A stretch of DNA of 49,122 nucleotides from a virus (lineage: Duplodnaviria > Caudoviricetes), in IMG/VR virus record IMGVR_UViG_3300006224_000002, positions 1 through 49,122 of that record. One strand, 5' to 3'. The notes under the pieces were generated by a model. It saw nothing but the letters and a program-made list of their open reading frames with translations, was not told where the DNA came from and did no database searches. The position numbers were made by a program, and so were the translations under genes. This document shows positions 26,006 through 36,140 of this stretch, in pieces. The stretch's first letter is position 1; every line of letters begins with the position of its first letter.

Positions 26006-26430
26006 TGGCGGCCCTGATAACCCGTGCAGATATTGAAAACGAGCTTCGTGTAACCTTAAAACAGGATGAAGGATATACAGATTCAGTTATCACGGGCATC
26101 TGTAACTGGGCACATGCCAGGCTCAGGCGCAAGACCAACCGTACCACATTCACTGGGGATGCAGCAGAGGATGCCAAGCTCGCGGAAATTAATTTTGCAA
26201 TAGATCGGTTGACAACATCGAACCGGGATATAGTGAAAGTGGCAATAAGTTCAATCTCGGAGAACGGAACGAGCATTTCATTCACGAATGGAAAAACCAT
26301 TCAGTATTATCATGATGATGCTGACCGCCTGGTCGCCGATCTAAAATTGGAAGGCGCATACGTAAATACAATGACCTTCCCGGATACCGAAGATGTGCAT
26401 ACAGGAGACGAATCGAGTATTTTATATTGA
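26005..26430 (+). CDS. Head-tail adaptor protein (putative)
   Basis: LITRADIENEL...ISSISENGTSISF resembles SPP1 gp15/HK97 gp6-like adaptors; position after the MCP. Confidence 0.62.
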   Translation: MAALITRADIENELRVTLKQDEGYTDSVITGICNWAHARLRRKTNRTTFTGDAAEDAKLAEINFAIDRLTTSNRDIVKVAISSISENGTSISFTNGKTIQYYHDDADRLVADLKLEGAYVNTMTFPDTEDVHTGDESSILY

Positions 26431-26441
26431 GGATTTAAAAA

Positions 26442-26765
26442 ATGGTAGATCAAGAATTCATCAATGAATTGAAAGATCATTTCAGTGAACGATTTGATTT
26501 ATTACAGGTCAGGATAAACGAACGATTTGAATTATCAGACCAGAGACTTCAAATGCAGTTTCTGGGTTGTCAGCAACTATGTTTTGAGAAAATAGATCAT
26601 GTCGAAGAGAAAACGGAAAAGGCGCACGAACGACTGGACAAACACAAATCATCAATTGAATGCTTGGACGGGTTCAAAAATAAATCCATAGGGTTCCAGA
26701 AAGCAATCGCCGCTTTTGTGGGCTTAATTACAGTAGGTTTAGCATACTTGGAATTTAAAGAGTAA
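26442..26765 (+). CDS. Coiled-coil protein with C-terminal TM (XhlA/holin-like)
   Basis: EKAHERLD coiled coil followed by AIAAFVGLITVGLAYL. Confidence 0.55.
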   Translation: MVDQEFINELKDHFSERFDLLQVRINERFELSDQRLQMQFLGCQQLCFEKIDHVEEKTEKAHERLDKHKSSIECLDGFKNKSIGFQKAIAAFVGLITVGLAYLEFKE

Positions 26766-26969
26766 AAAGTTCGCCCCACCCTCGCCACCAGTGCGCACCA
26801 GCAGACGAGCATCTTACTTTGTTGGGAATTAAACCCTCTTCAGGCGTTGTGCCTGTTGTCGCCAGCTTAAAATAAGAGGGGGCATTATACAATCTGTTTT
26901 CTGAGGTATATCTAACTTTTCTTTATATTCTAAGTTCTCTATTTTTTTCTATATAATGAGGCGATATTA

Positions 26970-27401
26970 ATGGCATTGGTATTAGCAGATGTTGGAGCAG
27001 ACGAACTCCTGAAAGTATACTTCAATCAAGACAGACCCACAGGCGGAAATGACCTGACAATGAAACTGTACACGAACGACTATACCCCGCTGGATACAAG
27101 CGTTGCGGGTAGTTTCACAGCAGCTACCGGGGGCGGATATGTCGATAAGACATTGACCTGCGGCTCATGGACAGTAACCACAGGGAACGACCCAAGCGAT
27201 GCGGTGTACGCGGAACAGACATGGACCTTTACAGGCGCGCTATCTGGGAACCCCGGAATCTATGGATACTATGTCCTGGATGCAGACGGGACCCTGGTAT
27301 ATGCAGAACGGCTCGGTGCTCCGGTGATCACCCCGACCAATAACGGCGACCAGCTCAAAGTAACCCCGAAGTTCCAGATGTCAAAAGGAACCCCGGCGTG
27401 A
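26970..27401 (+). CDS. Virion structural protein (fibre-associated family)
   Basis: MKLYTND...GGGY...TWTF...IYGYYV...GTLVYAE...GDQLKVTP pattern common in phage tail-associated proteins; promoter motif at 26915. Confidence 0.6.
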   Translation: MALVLADVGADELLKVYFNQDRPTGGNDLTMKLYTNDYTPLDTSVAGSFTAATGGGYVDKTLTCGSWTVTTGNDPSDAVYAEQTWTFTGALSGNPGIYGYYVLDADGTLVYAERLGAPVITPTNNGDQLKVTPKFQMSKGTPA

Positions 27402-27407
27402 GGAAAC

Positions 27408-27776
27408 ATGGCTCCAATACCGCTTGATGGACTCACGATGTGGGGAATGTTCTTGCTCAGTATGCTTCCCTTTCTCATGTTCGTCATCCTGGGAATCTTA
27501 ACCTGGGACACTTACCAGGACAATAAGAAGGCGAAAGAGGTCGGAGATCCTGACGCATATGTTATGGAATGGAGGCAGGTAGTTTTCTATGGCATAGGCG
27601 CGACCCTTTTCACAATGGCCTCTCTGGGCGCAATGATAAAAGACCTCGAAGCGAACCTTATCACAGCTGCACTTGCTGCATGGGTGATGGGTTTGGTTTT
27701 CCAGATGATACTCCCGCAAATCATTGAGATCGCTGGTGCAAAAGTAACTGCAGTCGTCCAAGCAATACTAAAATAA
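27408..27776 (+). CDS. Three-TM membrane protein (holin candidate)
   Basis: Three hydrophobic segments, 122 aa, GAGGA SD. Confidence 0.55.
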   Translation: MAPIPLDGLTMWGMFLLSMLPFLMFVILGILTWDTYQDNKKAKEVGDPDAYVMEWRQVVFYGIGATLFTMASLGAMIKDLEANLITAALAAWVMGLVFQMILPQIIEIAGAKVTAVVQAILK

Positions 27777-27927
27777 TCGATATTGAGCAGTGCTGTCGCC
27801 AAACAAGACGCTGCTCAAGTCCTCACGAAGGAGAACGAATGAAACTATCAGCAGTAGCGGTAATTATACTTTTTGGATTGTTGTCGGTGCGGGTAGCCGA
27901 TGCTACTTTGCAAGTCATAGGGGAACA

Positions 27928-30900
27928 ATGAAAAACACAAAAGCCATAATTTTGGTTTTGTTATTTTTGATAATCTCTGCCTCTACCGCATCAGCGTACT
28001 CACTCTACAACCTCAACAGTAGTAACTGGTGGGGTGGGGCAGTATTAACCAATGGAGTCATTAACCCAAACCAACTGAGTATCGAAAACGACCTTGCGAT
28101 ACCTGGATATGTAGGAAGATGGGAAAAGGGGTTAAAAGATTGGAATGGTACAAACAACAACAATGCAACATCAGCACTTACAACACCGTGGGGGAATGCA
28201 GATGCTTACTTTGATGGTGATGATTATCTTACCTTGGCAAACAGTGCGGCACTGAGTCCAGAAAGCGGAACATATACGGTAGTGACTAAGTTCAGAAGTA
28301 CAACGAATTTAGGAGCTACAGCATGGCTGTACAGTGATTATGGGGTTGTTACAAATAATCTTGTTCTTGTTGCTTTCGATCTTGATGAGAAGGCAATAGG
28401 ATACATTAGGGATGGAGCGGGAACAACAATATCCGTAACGACTTCAGGAAGTGTCTTTGATGGAGCGAACAAAACTTTGGTTCTTTCCAAAGAAAACGGA
28501 ACAGGATTATCGTTATACATCAATAAGACTTTGATAGGCTCAAGTAATGATGGGGCGCTGGGGGCAATCAGCACATCAGCAGGGTCAACACCTTTTATAG
28601 GGACAAATCAACTAGGGGCACTTCCTTTCACAGGGTATTTGTCATATCTTGTTATATACAAGGGAACTGGATTTACCTGGGGTAATGTCAATACCACAAA
28701 TGATGAAAGATATGCAAAATCTACCTATGTTACCACAAATTATGATTCTGGTGTAAACAACCGCATAACTGAGGTGACAGTAAACTTCACTTCTATCCCA
28801 TCTGGAAGTAACTATACAATATGGTATGCAAACAACGGTACGGAGGATTATGCGCAGTTGGGGGGTACACTGACAGCAAACACGACACAAACAATATCTG
28901 GTACGACATATAATAATACCAAGTTTCAAATAAGGATGGTATCTGACGGAACTGTTACACCTCAACTTCATGATGTAGATGTAAAATACAGCGCAGTAAA
29001 TCCAATAGCATTAACTTCGTGGAATAATAATTATACGAATAATGATACCTTAAATTTATCAGTACCGAGATTAACAAATATTTCTTTCAATGTAGGTTTT
29101 AATCAGACTGCAACAACATGCACATGGTCTGGGGCTACTCAGATGAATTGCAGTGAAAATTCTTATGCCTATAAGAAGTTTACAACGGTTGGGATGAATT
29201 ATGTTAATGTTACAGGATTCAATGAAAGTGGCAGCACCGATACAAAAAGCTGGTCTATAAATGTTACTGGTTCCTCAACGTGGGATAAAGAAAAACCAAT
29301 ATACATAAATAATATCGGCAACCCAATTCTAACAGATTTTCCAATCAATATAAATCTTACTTATGATGATGATATGAATACCGACTTTTCGGACATAAGG
29401 GTTATTAATAGAACAACCGGATTGGATATACCTTATTGGATTGAGGAGCAAGTTAATGAAAGTTATGCTAATGTATGGTTCAATGCCTCATACATTCCAG
29501 CGGGGGTATGGGATAATACCTCATATGCCGTAAAATACGGTAACAACACAGCAACCTCATCGACAGGTAATGGTGAGGATACTTTCCAATTCTTTGATGA
29601 CTTTTCGATAAATCAAGTTGAAGTATATGCGGGTTGGACTGCGGTAACTGACGAAAATAATGCAGCGGTTAAAATCGGAGACAAGACGATTATTGGGTAT
29701 CAGAGTGTTGATTTAGACGAAACTGGAATGATAATATATAACCATAGCAGTGGTACATTTTCGCAACAACAAGTAGTGGATCTTGTTGATGCAAGTGACC
29801 ATTTCTCAACAATATTCCAGGAAACAACAAATTATCTATTGACTTTTGGTACAAAGTACAATACAGACCTCAAAGTTTACAGATATAACAAAACAACCAT
29901 ATCTTACATAGATGAGGTATATGTAGACAGTACAGGAGAAATGGTGTTTCCACATCCGGTAATGTTAGATAGTGGAAGGCTGTATATATTTTATCGTGAT
30001 CCTGATGGAAGGACATGGTATTATAAATACACAGATGATGAAGGTGCAACTTGGAGTTCAAGAGTAGAGGTGTTGGATACTCTTACCTATCCAGCCTCGG
30101 CCCCTTTGTCGTATATTCAGTTAGATACTGACGGCAGTAAGATATTCATGACGCTAACTACTGCTGACTCAAGCGCACCATTAACTCATTATTCGTTGTG
30201 GTTTATGCAAATGTTGGCTAACGGTTCGTGGGCAAAAGACGATGGGACGTTAATAACATTACCAACACACCCAGATTCAATGAGTAGACCAATAGATAAA
30301 CCGGCACACGGATTGCAGACCATATATTCTTCTCCAAATCTATATGCATATTATCATAATATAACCACTACAACTAACTGGACCTATAACCGTCTGACAT
30401 GGAATGGTACTGGATGGTCAGACGAAATCATTACATGGGATTGGAGTGGTGGTATGAAACCACCAGCAATAAACTATGGATTGGGATTAACTGTTTCACA
30501 AGCTAACCCTGATTTAGTATATCTCATCCAAAATGTTAGTTCGGTGTGGGAGCTTCAAAAATGGGAAAAGAGTGGAGGGGCGTGGTCAAAAACTGAGGAT
30601 ATAACATCCGGAAGCACGAAAAGTAGTATGAGACCACTTTCAGTTAGAAACGGGACTGGTGACATGGACGTTGTCTGGTTAACAATAGCTGGTCACTATA
30701 CAGCTTGGAATGATATGGATGAAATCAATCTTGGGTCAAGGGTTTTACAAGAGGCAAAAGGTAAATTATCTAAATGGAGCACACCGTCAGCAGGCATCAA
30801 TAATAACGATAATAGTACACTGAATTTGACATTATCAACAAGTATGGTTTATTTAGATGATCTATATACTGATTATTCATTTAATCCTGATAATACGTCC

Positions 30901-33147
30901 ATTGAAATGAGGACCAAACAGATCGGGGCTACAGACGACTCTATCGTTTCAATAGGATACAGGGGAAACGCGACAGCAGCATATACAACATACCACACCT
31001 ATTCGACCACAAGAGCGTATGACCTATCGGTACAGAGCATCTTTTCAGATATTACATATGGGGCGGTAACAGGATATAACACTTTATATCCGCAAGGAGA
31101 ATATCATAGGTTTAGGTTTCAGAACAATGGAACAACTCTGAGAATAACTGATAAGGATAATACCAGCAGGGAATTATCATCAACAGACTCTACATTTAAT
31201 GATATAACTTCGGCAAATGTTGGCTTTGGATTATGGGGGGCTGCAGGTACGTTTGATGTCGATTATATTTTTGTAAGAAAAATTACATCAACAGAGCCAG
31301 CAACGCAGATGGGGGAGGACACACCAGATAGTATTACAAACCCGCAGACCACAACGGGCAATTTCTACATCAATAATACTTGGACCGATCCAGTAGATGC
31401 AGACTTTGACCATGTTAAATTTGCGTATGAAAACGGAACTAGCCTTGAGCAGAATGTGTCGGCAGGACAGCAATACTTAGAGTTAATATGGCCACCACAT
31501 TATGAACAGAACATCAGTGCTCAGACTGTGAATACAGCAGGCAACATCAATGAAACATTGGTGTGGTTCAATGCTACGATCCCGAATAATGCACCAGTAC
31601 AGTCCCCAATCTTGAGTCGGCTTGTGGTTGCTGGAGATTGGCTGAACCTCACCATATCCTCAACCGATCTTGATGATGATGCTCTGACTTATGGTACGAA
31701 CTGCGCATCTGGAACTCTGAATACCACAACAGGCGCATTCGTCTGGAATACAACGACAGCAGACATTGGAAGTTTCTCATGTTATTTCAATAGTTCTGAT
31801 GCCTACGGTGGGGTAGGGAACGAAACAATAAGCATAAATGTCCAAACACCTACTACACCGTGGACTGTGGGTGAAGACGGAGAACCGTGGACTGGCAACA
31901 GCGAATTTGCCAATGTTACAAAAGACAACCAGGGCAGTAATATTGTTGTCGGTTTCGATTATTCCACTTTCAACGATAATACAATCACTTCATGGAATCC
32001 GTACACAGGTTCGGGCGGCAATGTATCTGTACAAGATGGTAAAGCCAGAATAAATTCATCCACGAGCGGGGCCCGAAATGCAGAAATCTATAAGGGCTTC
32101 ACTTTTCCGACTATATTCAATGTGAGTGCGAAACTCAATATATCAATCTCTGATGCAGCCTTCGCTTACTATTTCTTCTTGCGTGATGACTGCGATTGTG
32201 GCAACGACAGCGTATCCAAGACTCCTGTGTATACTGGATTCCGTAATCCGCTGAATTATTCCTGGTATACTGGTACTGCGTGGAATGATGTCTTTGTTCC
32301 TTCAGTTAATACTGATTATACTCTTATGTACGGATTGAACCAGACATCGCAAAAGTTCGATATATACAAAGATGGAACATATCAGGAACAGGGGTCATGG
32401 AATACTGCAGGTGGGACTGCCATAGATAACGTATCCTTTGTGACTCATCAAATTATAGGCAATCTTTTCGTAGATGACGTTCGATTGTGGAATACCACCC
32501 AGGGGAACGTCACAGTTTGGCGAGACTCTGGTGATGGTAACGAACTGACTGGATTTGATGTAAATGCAACCACGCTTTCAACGCTGAATTATTCTGTATA
32601 TTATCGACAGAATGCGACAGGAGATTATGTTCAGTTGGGGGCAGCGCAGACTGGAAACAACTCATATTTGCTTCCGACAGAATACCAGAACATCGATGTG
32701 ATAATCCAGCTTATCGGGAATGAAACCGCAACACCAGAACTGATAGCAGTGACATTCTTTTCTGAAAGAATTGTTACTCCACCAGACCCTGTACAACTAT
32801 CATCTTTTGTCAGCAATGACTTTGTCAACTGGTCATGGGTAGAAGGATATGACGTCAATGGAAATACCACAGACTCTTATAGAATACTCCATAACGGTAC
32901 GTGGACGAACGACACCACAGTATTGTACTTCAATGCTACTGTGGGAATAGGGAATTGGTCGAACATATCACTTTATGCCTGGAACAACTCTGGGCGACTC
33001 AGTGATGCCGTGAGCGGAAGTATACTAAATTCGCTCGATGTAACTGTTCCAGCAGTATCATGCTCAGTTACTGGACTGTCTGTAAACTGTTCTTGGGTAA
33101 AAGAAGCAGACATGGATTTATTTGAGATAGAGGTTTATGAAGATTAA
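27928..33147 (+). CDS. Giant secreted adhesin-like glycoprotein (LamG, DUF2341-like, BNR/propeller-like and Ig-like domains)
   Basis: Signal peptide MKNTKAIILVLLFLIISASTASA; YFDGDDY...LYIN (LamG); DFSDIRV...IPYWIE...YGN...FFDDF (DUF2341-like); YTDDEGATWS Asp-box; many NxS/T sequons. Confidence 0.8.
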   Translation: MKNTKAIILVLLFLIISASTASAYSLYNLNSSNWWGGAVLTNGVINPNQLSIENDLAIPGYVGRWEKGLKDWNGTNNNNATSALTTPWGNADAYFDGDDYLTLANSAALSPESGTYTVVTKFRSTTNLGATAWLYSDYGVVTNNLVLVAFDLDEKAIGYIRDGAGTTISVTTSGSVFDGANKTLVLSKENGTGLSLYINKTLIGSSNDGALGAISTSAGSTPFIGTNQLGALPFTGYLSYLVIYKGTGFTWGNVNTTNDERYAKSTYVTTNYDSGVNNRITEVTVNFTSIPSGSNYTIWYANNGTEDYAQLGGTLTANTTQTISGTTYNNTKFQIRMVSDGTVTPQLHDVDVKYSAVNPIALTSWNNNYTNNDTLNLSVPRLTNISFNVGFNQTATTCTWSGATQMNCSENSYAYKKFTTVGMNYVNVTGFNESGSTDTKSWSINVTGSSTWDKEKPIYINNIGNPILTDFPININLTYDDDMNTDFSDIRVINRTTGLDIPYWIEEQVNESYANVWFNASYIPAGVWDNTSYAVKYGNNTATSSTGNGEDTFQFFDDFSINQVEVYAGWTAVTDENNAAVKIGDKTIIGYQSVDLDETGMIIYNHSSGTFSQQQVVDLVDASDHFSTIFQETTNYLLTFGTKYNTDLKVYRYNKTTISYIDEVYVDSTGEMVFPHPVMLDSGRLYIFYRDPDGRTWYYKYTDDEGATWSSRVEVLDTLTYPASAPLSYIQLDTDGSKIFMTLTTADSSAPLTHYSLWFMQMLANGSWAKDDGTLITLPTHPDSMSRPIDKPAHGLQTIYSSPNLYAYYHNITTTTNWTYNRLTWNGTGWSDEIITWDWSGGMKPPAINYGLGLTVSQANPDLVYLIQNVSSVWELQKWEKSGGAWSKTEDITSGSTKSSMRPLSVRNGTGDMDVVWLTIAGHYTAWNDMDEINLGSRVLQEAKGKLSKWSTPSAGINNNDNSTLNLTLSTSMVYLDDLYTDYSFNPDNTSIEMRTKQIGATDDSIVSIGYRGNATAAYTTYHTYSTTRAYDLSVQSIFSDITYGAVTGYNTLYPQGEYHRFRFQNNGTTLRITDKDNTSRELSSTDSTFNDITSANVGFGLWGAAGTFDVDYIFVRKITSTEPATQMGEDTPDSITNPQTTTGNFYINNTWTDPVDADFDHVKFAYENGTSLEQNVSAGQQYLELIWPPHYEQNISAQTVNTAGNINETLVWFNATIPNNAPVQSPILSRLVVAGDWLNLTISSTDLDDDALTYGTNCASGTLNTTTGAFVWNTTTADIGSFSCYFNSSDAYGGVGNETISINVQTPTTPWTVGEDGEPWTGNSEFANVTKDNQGSNIVVGFDYSTFNDNTITSWNPYTGSGGNVSVQDGKARINSSTSGARNAEIYKGFTFPTIFNVSAKLNISISDAAFAYYFFLRDDCDCGNDSVSKTPVYTGFRNPLNYSWYTGTAWNDVFVPSVNTDYTLMYGLNQTSQKFDIYKDGTYQEQGSWNTAGGTAIDNVSFVTHQIIGNLFVDDVRLWNTTQGNVTVWRDSGDGNELTGFDVNATTLSTLNYSVYYRQNATGDYVQLGAAQTGNNSYLLPTEYQNIDVIIQLIGNETATPELIAVTFFSERIVTPPDPVQLSSFVSNDFVNWSWVEGYDVNGNTTDSYRILHNGTWTNDTTVLYFNATVGIGNWSNISLYAWNNSGRLSDAVSGSILNSLDVTVPAVSCSVTGLSVNCSWVKEADMDLFEIEVYED

Positions 33148-36139
33148 TAAACTTTTATTTATTTTAATTCTATCGCTATTATTAGTGAGTCCGGCGAATG
33201 CGATTGTGCCAAAAAAAATAGTTGAAGATATATGGAACAATCTATCCGCCATCAATAACAGTATCAATCTATCGGTTCAATATAAAGCGGAAATGTACGG
33301 TACATGGATACAACCAGCCTACATCACGGGCGTAAAAGCAGGAGCGACAGACCATATAGGCAATGGGTTGAATTACTCTCACTCCAGGGGCATGAAATTC
33401 ATGTTGAAGATAAGACCGACTGATTATGCCACCAGCCGTGAAGCATTCAGAACCGACACAGCCGCTCAGGACAGGTATTATTCTGATTTAGCTTGGGTAT
33501 TACAGAGGTATCCGACACTTGATGGGCTTGAACTTGAAGAGCCCCAAATGTATGCGGAAGGAACAGACGGCGGCGTGATAAACAAAGCCTTCTGGAATAG
33601 TGTTTTTGTTGAGTCAAAAGCTATAGTCGTGCAATATCGAGACCTTAGCAGTTTTATCTGGGGGTTCAATTTCATAAGTACGAACACAGATACTAATGTT
33701 ACTAGACAGGGGATTGACTGGGTTTATATCAATAATAATATATTATTCAATGCAGTCTTCATACAAAACGGATTCACTATGTCAAGATATCAGAGCGAGG
33801 TATCAAGGTGGACCCCGAGATTCTCAAACCTAGAGTTGGGTTCTTATACTTATCTCCATTCTCAGACCTTTGCTGCATGTATACAGCAGTTTCCAACCTG
33901 GAATGATCCTTCTTGTTGGAACCAAGTATTCTTTGACCAGGTTGAGTGGGCTCAAACTGCTGGTGTACCGGTGGATGTATTCATTTTAGGCAGGTTATTC
34001 CGCCCTGCTTCAATGTGGCCAAACGAAACCACACCAGGAGCCACAGCAGGAGACAAGCTTTCATATATCTGGAATATCACATCATCTGTCGTTCTTACCC
34101 CAACCTTTTCACCACCATCTGGAACTTATTTGACCCCACAGCAAGTCTACATAACATCGGGAACAGCGAACGCTACGATACGGTATACCACTGACGGAAG
34201 CACACCATCTACGTCTTCATCACTATATTCTAGCCCGATAATGATTTCCACCAACACAACCCTTAAAGCGAAGGCTTGGAAGGCTGGATATATCGACAGC
34301 GGCGTTGGTATAGCAAGTTACGCTATGCCTGCCGAAATGCCAGAAGAAATTGAGGTAAATAACAATCTGAAAAAGAGCGACCCGAATACAGTATTTAATC
34401 AGAATACCGTTAACTTCATTGAAGCAGGGTGTCTGAGCAATTGTTCAACGTATGTCTACCGCTCAATTCTAAGACTCAATATTACAGGATATAGTGTTAA
34501 CAGCTTATATTATCTGAAGCTGTGGTGGTATCATCAGAACATAAACCGCATAAATCCGACCGACATCCAGGTTTTCTATGTCAATAAAAGTTTTCAGACA
34601 AATGGTATGAATTGGTACAATCGATCTATGGGTGTTCTCTGGAGTAATCCTGGTGGAGATTGGTTAGATTCTAATTCTGCCAGCCAGGGTACTGTTCCCA
34701 TCGACTATGTAACGCTGCCCGTTGGAAGTCCCACGGACGCATACATTATATTCAACGTGACCAAGGCAGTTGTTTGGGGTATTAACAATGCGTCTGACAA
34801 TGTGAGTTTCATGATTAAAGCAAGCCCCACCAACGAATCACAGGTTAATAACTATGTGGCTTTCCACGGAGTAAGCTGGACGAACTCGCTACAAACCCCT
34901 GTGTTAGAAAATCAATCAATACCAATATACGCCCCCCCATCAATTACTTCATGGGGCAACAACAAGACAAATAATATTAATCTATCTTTCGATGTGAACC
35001 TAAGTGAAGTTGTTAATTTCAATGTGACAGCGAATCAGAGCGTAAGTTATAGCTGGTATATCGATGATAATCCCACGGGTGGCAACTTCGATAATCTTAC
35101 GACATCTTGGTCAGTTGGAGGTTTCAAGGAGATACATGCCCTAACTAATAACTCAAATGGTTCTTCAGGAATAACGTGGAATGTAAACGTAATCAGTCCA
35201 CTCATACCGTCTATTCCAGACAACCTTAGTCTAACTTCTGGGAAACATTGGGCAAACGCAACATGGACTGCTAACATGACTGGAAATGTAAGTGATAGTT
35301 ATAGAGTCAAGCTATACCTGTACAATCCAGATAATCCAGAAGAGGATGCAGAGTTTTTAGGTGAAACAGCAAATACTTATTATAATTTTACAGACCTGGA
35401 TGCATATAGGTACTGGAAAGGATATGCATTCATCAGAAGCTATAATAACACCTATGCCTATAGCGATTATTCCGGAGCTACTGCAACAGTACGGATACCA
35501 ACCCCAATATATTATGTTGCATCTCAGGCAAATAATTCTTATATTTTTATAGCAAACCCTGATAGAAACTACACAATAAGGACAAGAGCGAACAATTCAA
35601 CTTATGATACTAAATCTGATTGGAATGAAACAACCGTTGAGGTTCCGAACGATGTTGATGTTTACAATACTGGATACCAATTCGTTCTTGTGAATGGTAC
35701 AATGACAAATGCTGAAATAGATGCATTGTGGGGAACAACGTGGATCATTGGATGGAATGTCACCTCACAGAGATGGGAGAATTATAAATCAGGTTGGAAT
35801 ATCAGATCTTCCAGAACAGCGAACAAGGGGGATGCTGTGGGCATCAAGGTCTCTACGAACAAGTCTGTGGCATTGACTTTTAATGCGAGCTATAACTGGA
35901 CATTATATACTGGACAAAACCTTATCGGAATAGAATATACCAAGAACTTATCGCAGATCAATACCAGCATCGGAACTTGCGATGTAGATAAACTGGAATA
36001 TACTAATCTATCCACCCAAACATCTTATCTATTCACTTGTGGAGAATCTGGGAATGCGTCCGTTCTAGTAAATGCTGGGGAAGGGTTCTGGGCGAACAAG
36101 AGTACGGCTGGAACGCTTGATATTGTAAGGGTGTGGTAA
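33137..36139 (+). CDS. Secreted multidomain protein: putative glycoside-hydrolase-like N-terminus, chitobiase C-terminal/Fn3-associated domain, disaggregatase-related repeat
   Basis: Signal peptide; YPTLDGLELEEP; TPTFSPPSGTY...IRYTTDGSTP; WSNPGGDWLDSNSASQGTVP; many sequons. Confidence 0.72.
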   Translation: MKINKLLFILILSLLLVSPANAIVPKKIVEDIWNNLSAINNSINLSVQYKAEMYGTWIQPAYITGVKAGATDHIGNGLNYSHSRGMKFMLKIRPTDYATSREAFRTDTAAQDRYYSDLAWVLQRYPTLDGLELEEPQMYAEGTDGGVINKAFWNSVFVESKAIVVQYRDLSSFIWGFNFISTNTDTNVTRQGIDWVYINNNILFNAVFIQNGFTMSRYQSEVSRWTPRFSNLELGSYTYLHSQTFAACIQQFPTWNDPSCWNQVFFDQVEWAQTAGVPVDVFILGRLFRPASMWPNETTPGATAGDKLSYIWNITSSVVLTPTFSPPSGTYLTPQQVYITSGTANATIRYTTDGSTPSTSSSLYSSPIMISTNTTLKAKAWKAGYIDSGVGIASYAMPAEMPEEIEVNNNLKKSDPNTVFNQNTVNFIEAGCLSNCSTYVYRSILRLNITGYSVNSLYYLKLWWYHQNINRINPTDIQVFYVNKSFQTNGMNWYNRSMGVLWSNPGGDWLDSNSASQGTVPIDYVTLPVGSPTDAYIIFNVTKAVVWGINNASDNVSFMIKASPTNESQVNNYVAFHGVSWTNSLQTPVLENQSIPIYAPPSITSWGNNKTNNINLSFDVNLSEVVNFNVTANQSVSYSWYIDDNPTGGNFDNLTTSWSVGGFKEIHALTNNSNGSSGITWNVNVISPLIPSIPDNLSLTSGKHWANATWTANMTGNVSDSYRVKLYLYNPDNPEEDAEFLGETANTYYNFTDLDAYRYWKGYAFIRSYNNTYAYSDYSGATATVRIPTPIYYVASQANNSYIFIANPDRNYTIRTRANNSTYDTKSDWNETTVEVPNDVDVYNTGYQFVLVNGTMTNAEIDALWGTTWIIGWNVTSQRWENYKSGWNIRSSRTANKGDAVGIKVSTNKSVALTFNASYNWTLYTGQNLIGIEYTKNLSQINTSIGTCDVDKLEYTNLSTQTSYLFTCGESGNASVLVNAGEGFWANKSTAGTLDIVRVW

Positions 36140-36140
36140 T

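Noticed and set aside
27790-27927. Upstream GTG start of the giant protein given in the ORF track
   Set aside because: The signal peptide begins at ATG 27928; the upstream stretch holds a hairpin (27783-27818) and a separate 30-codon ORF.
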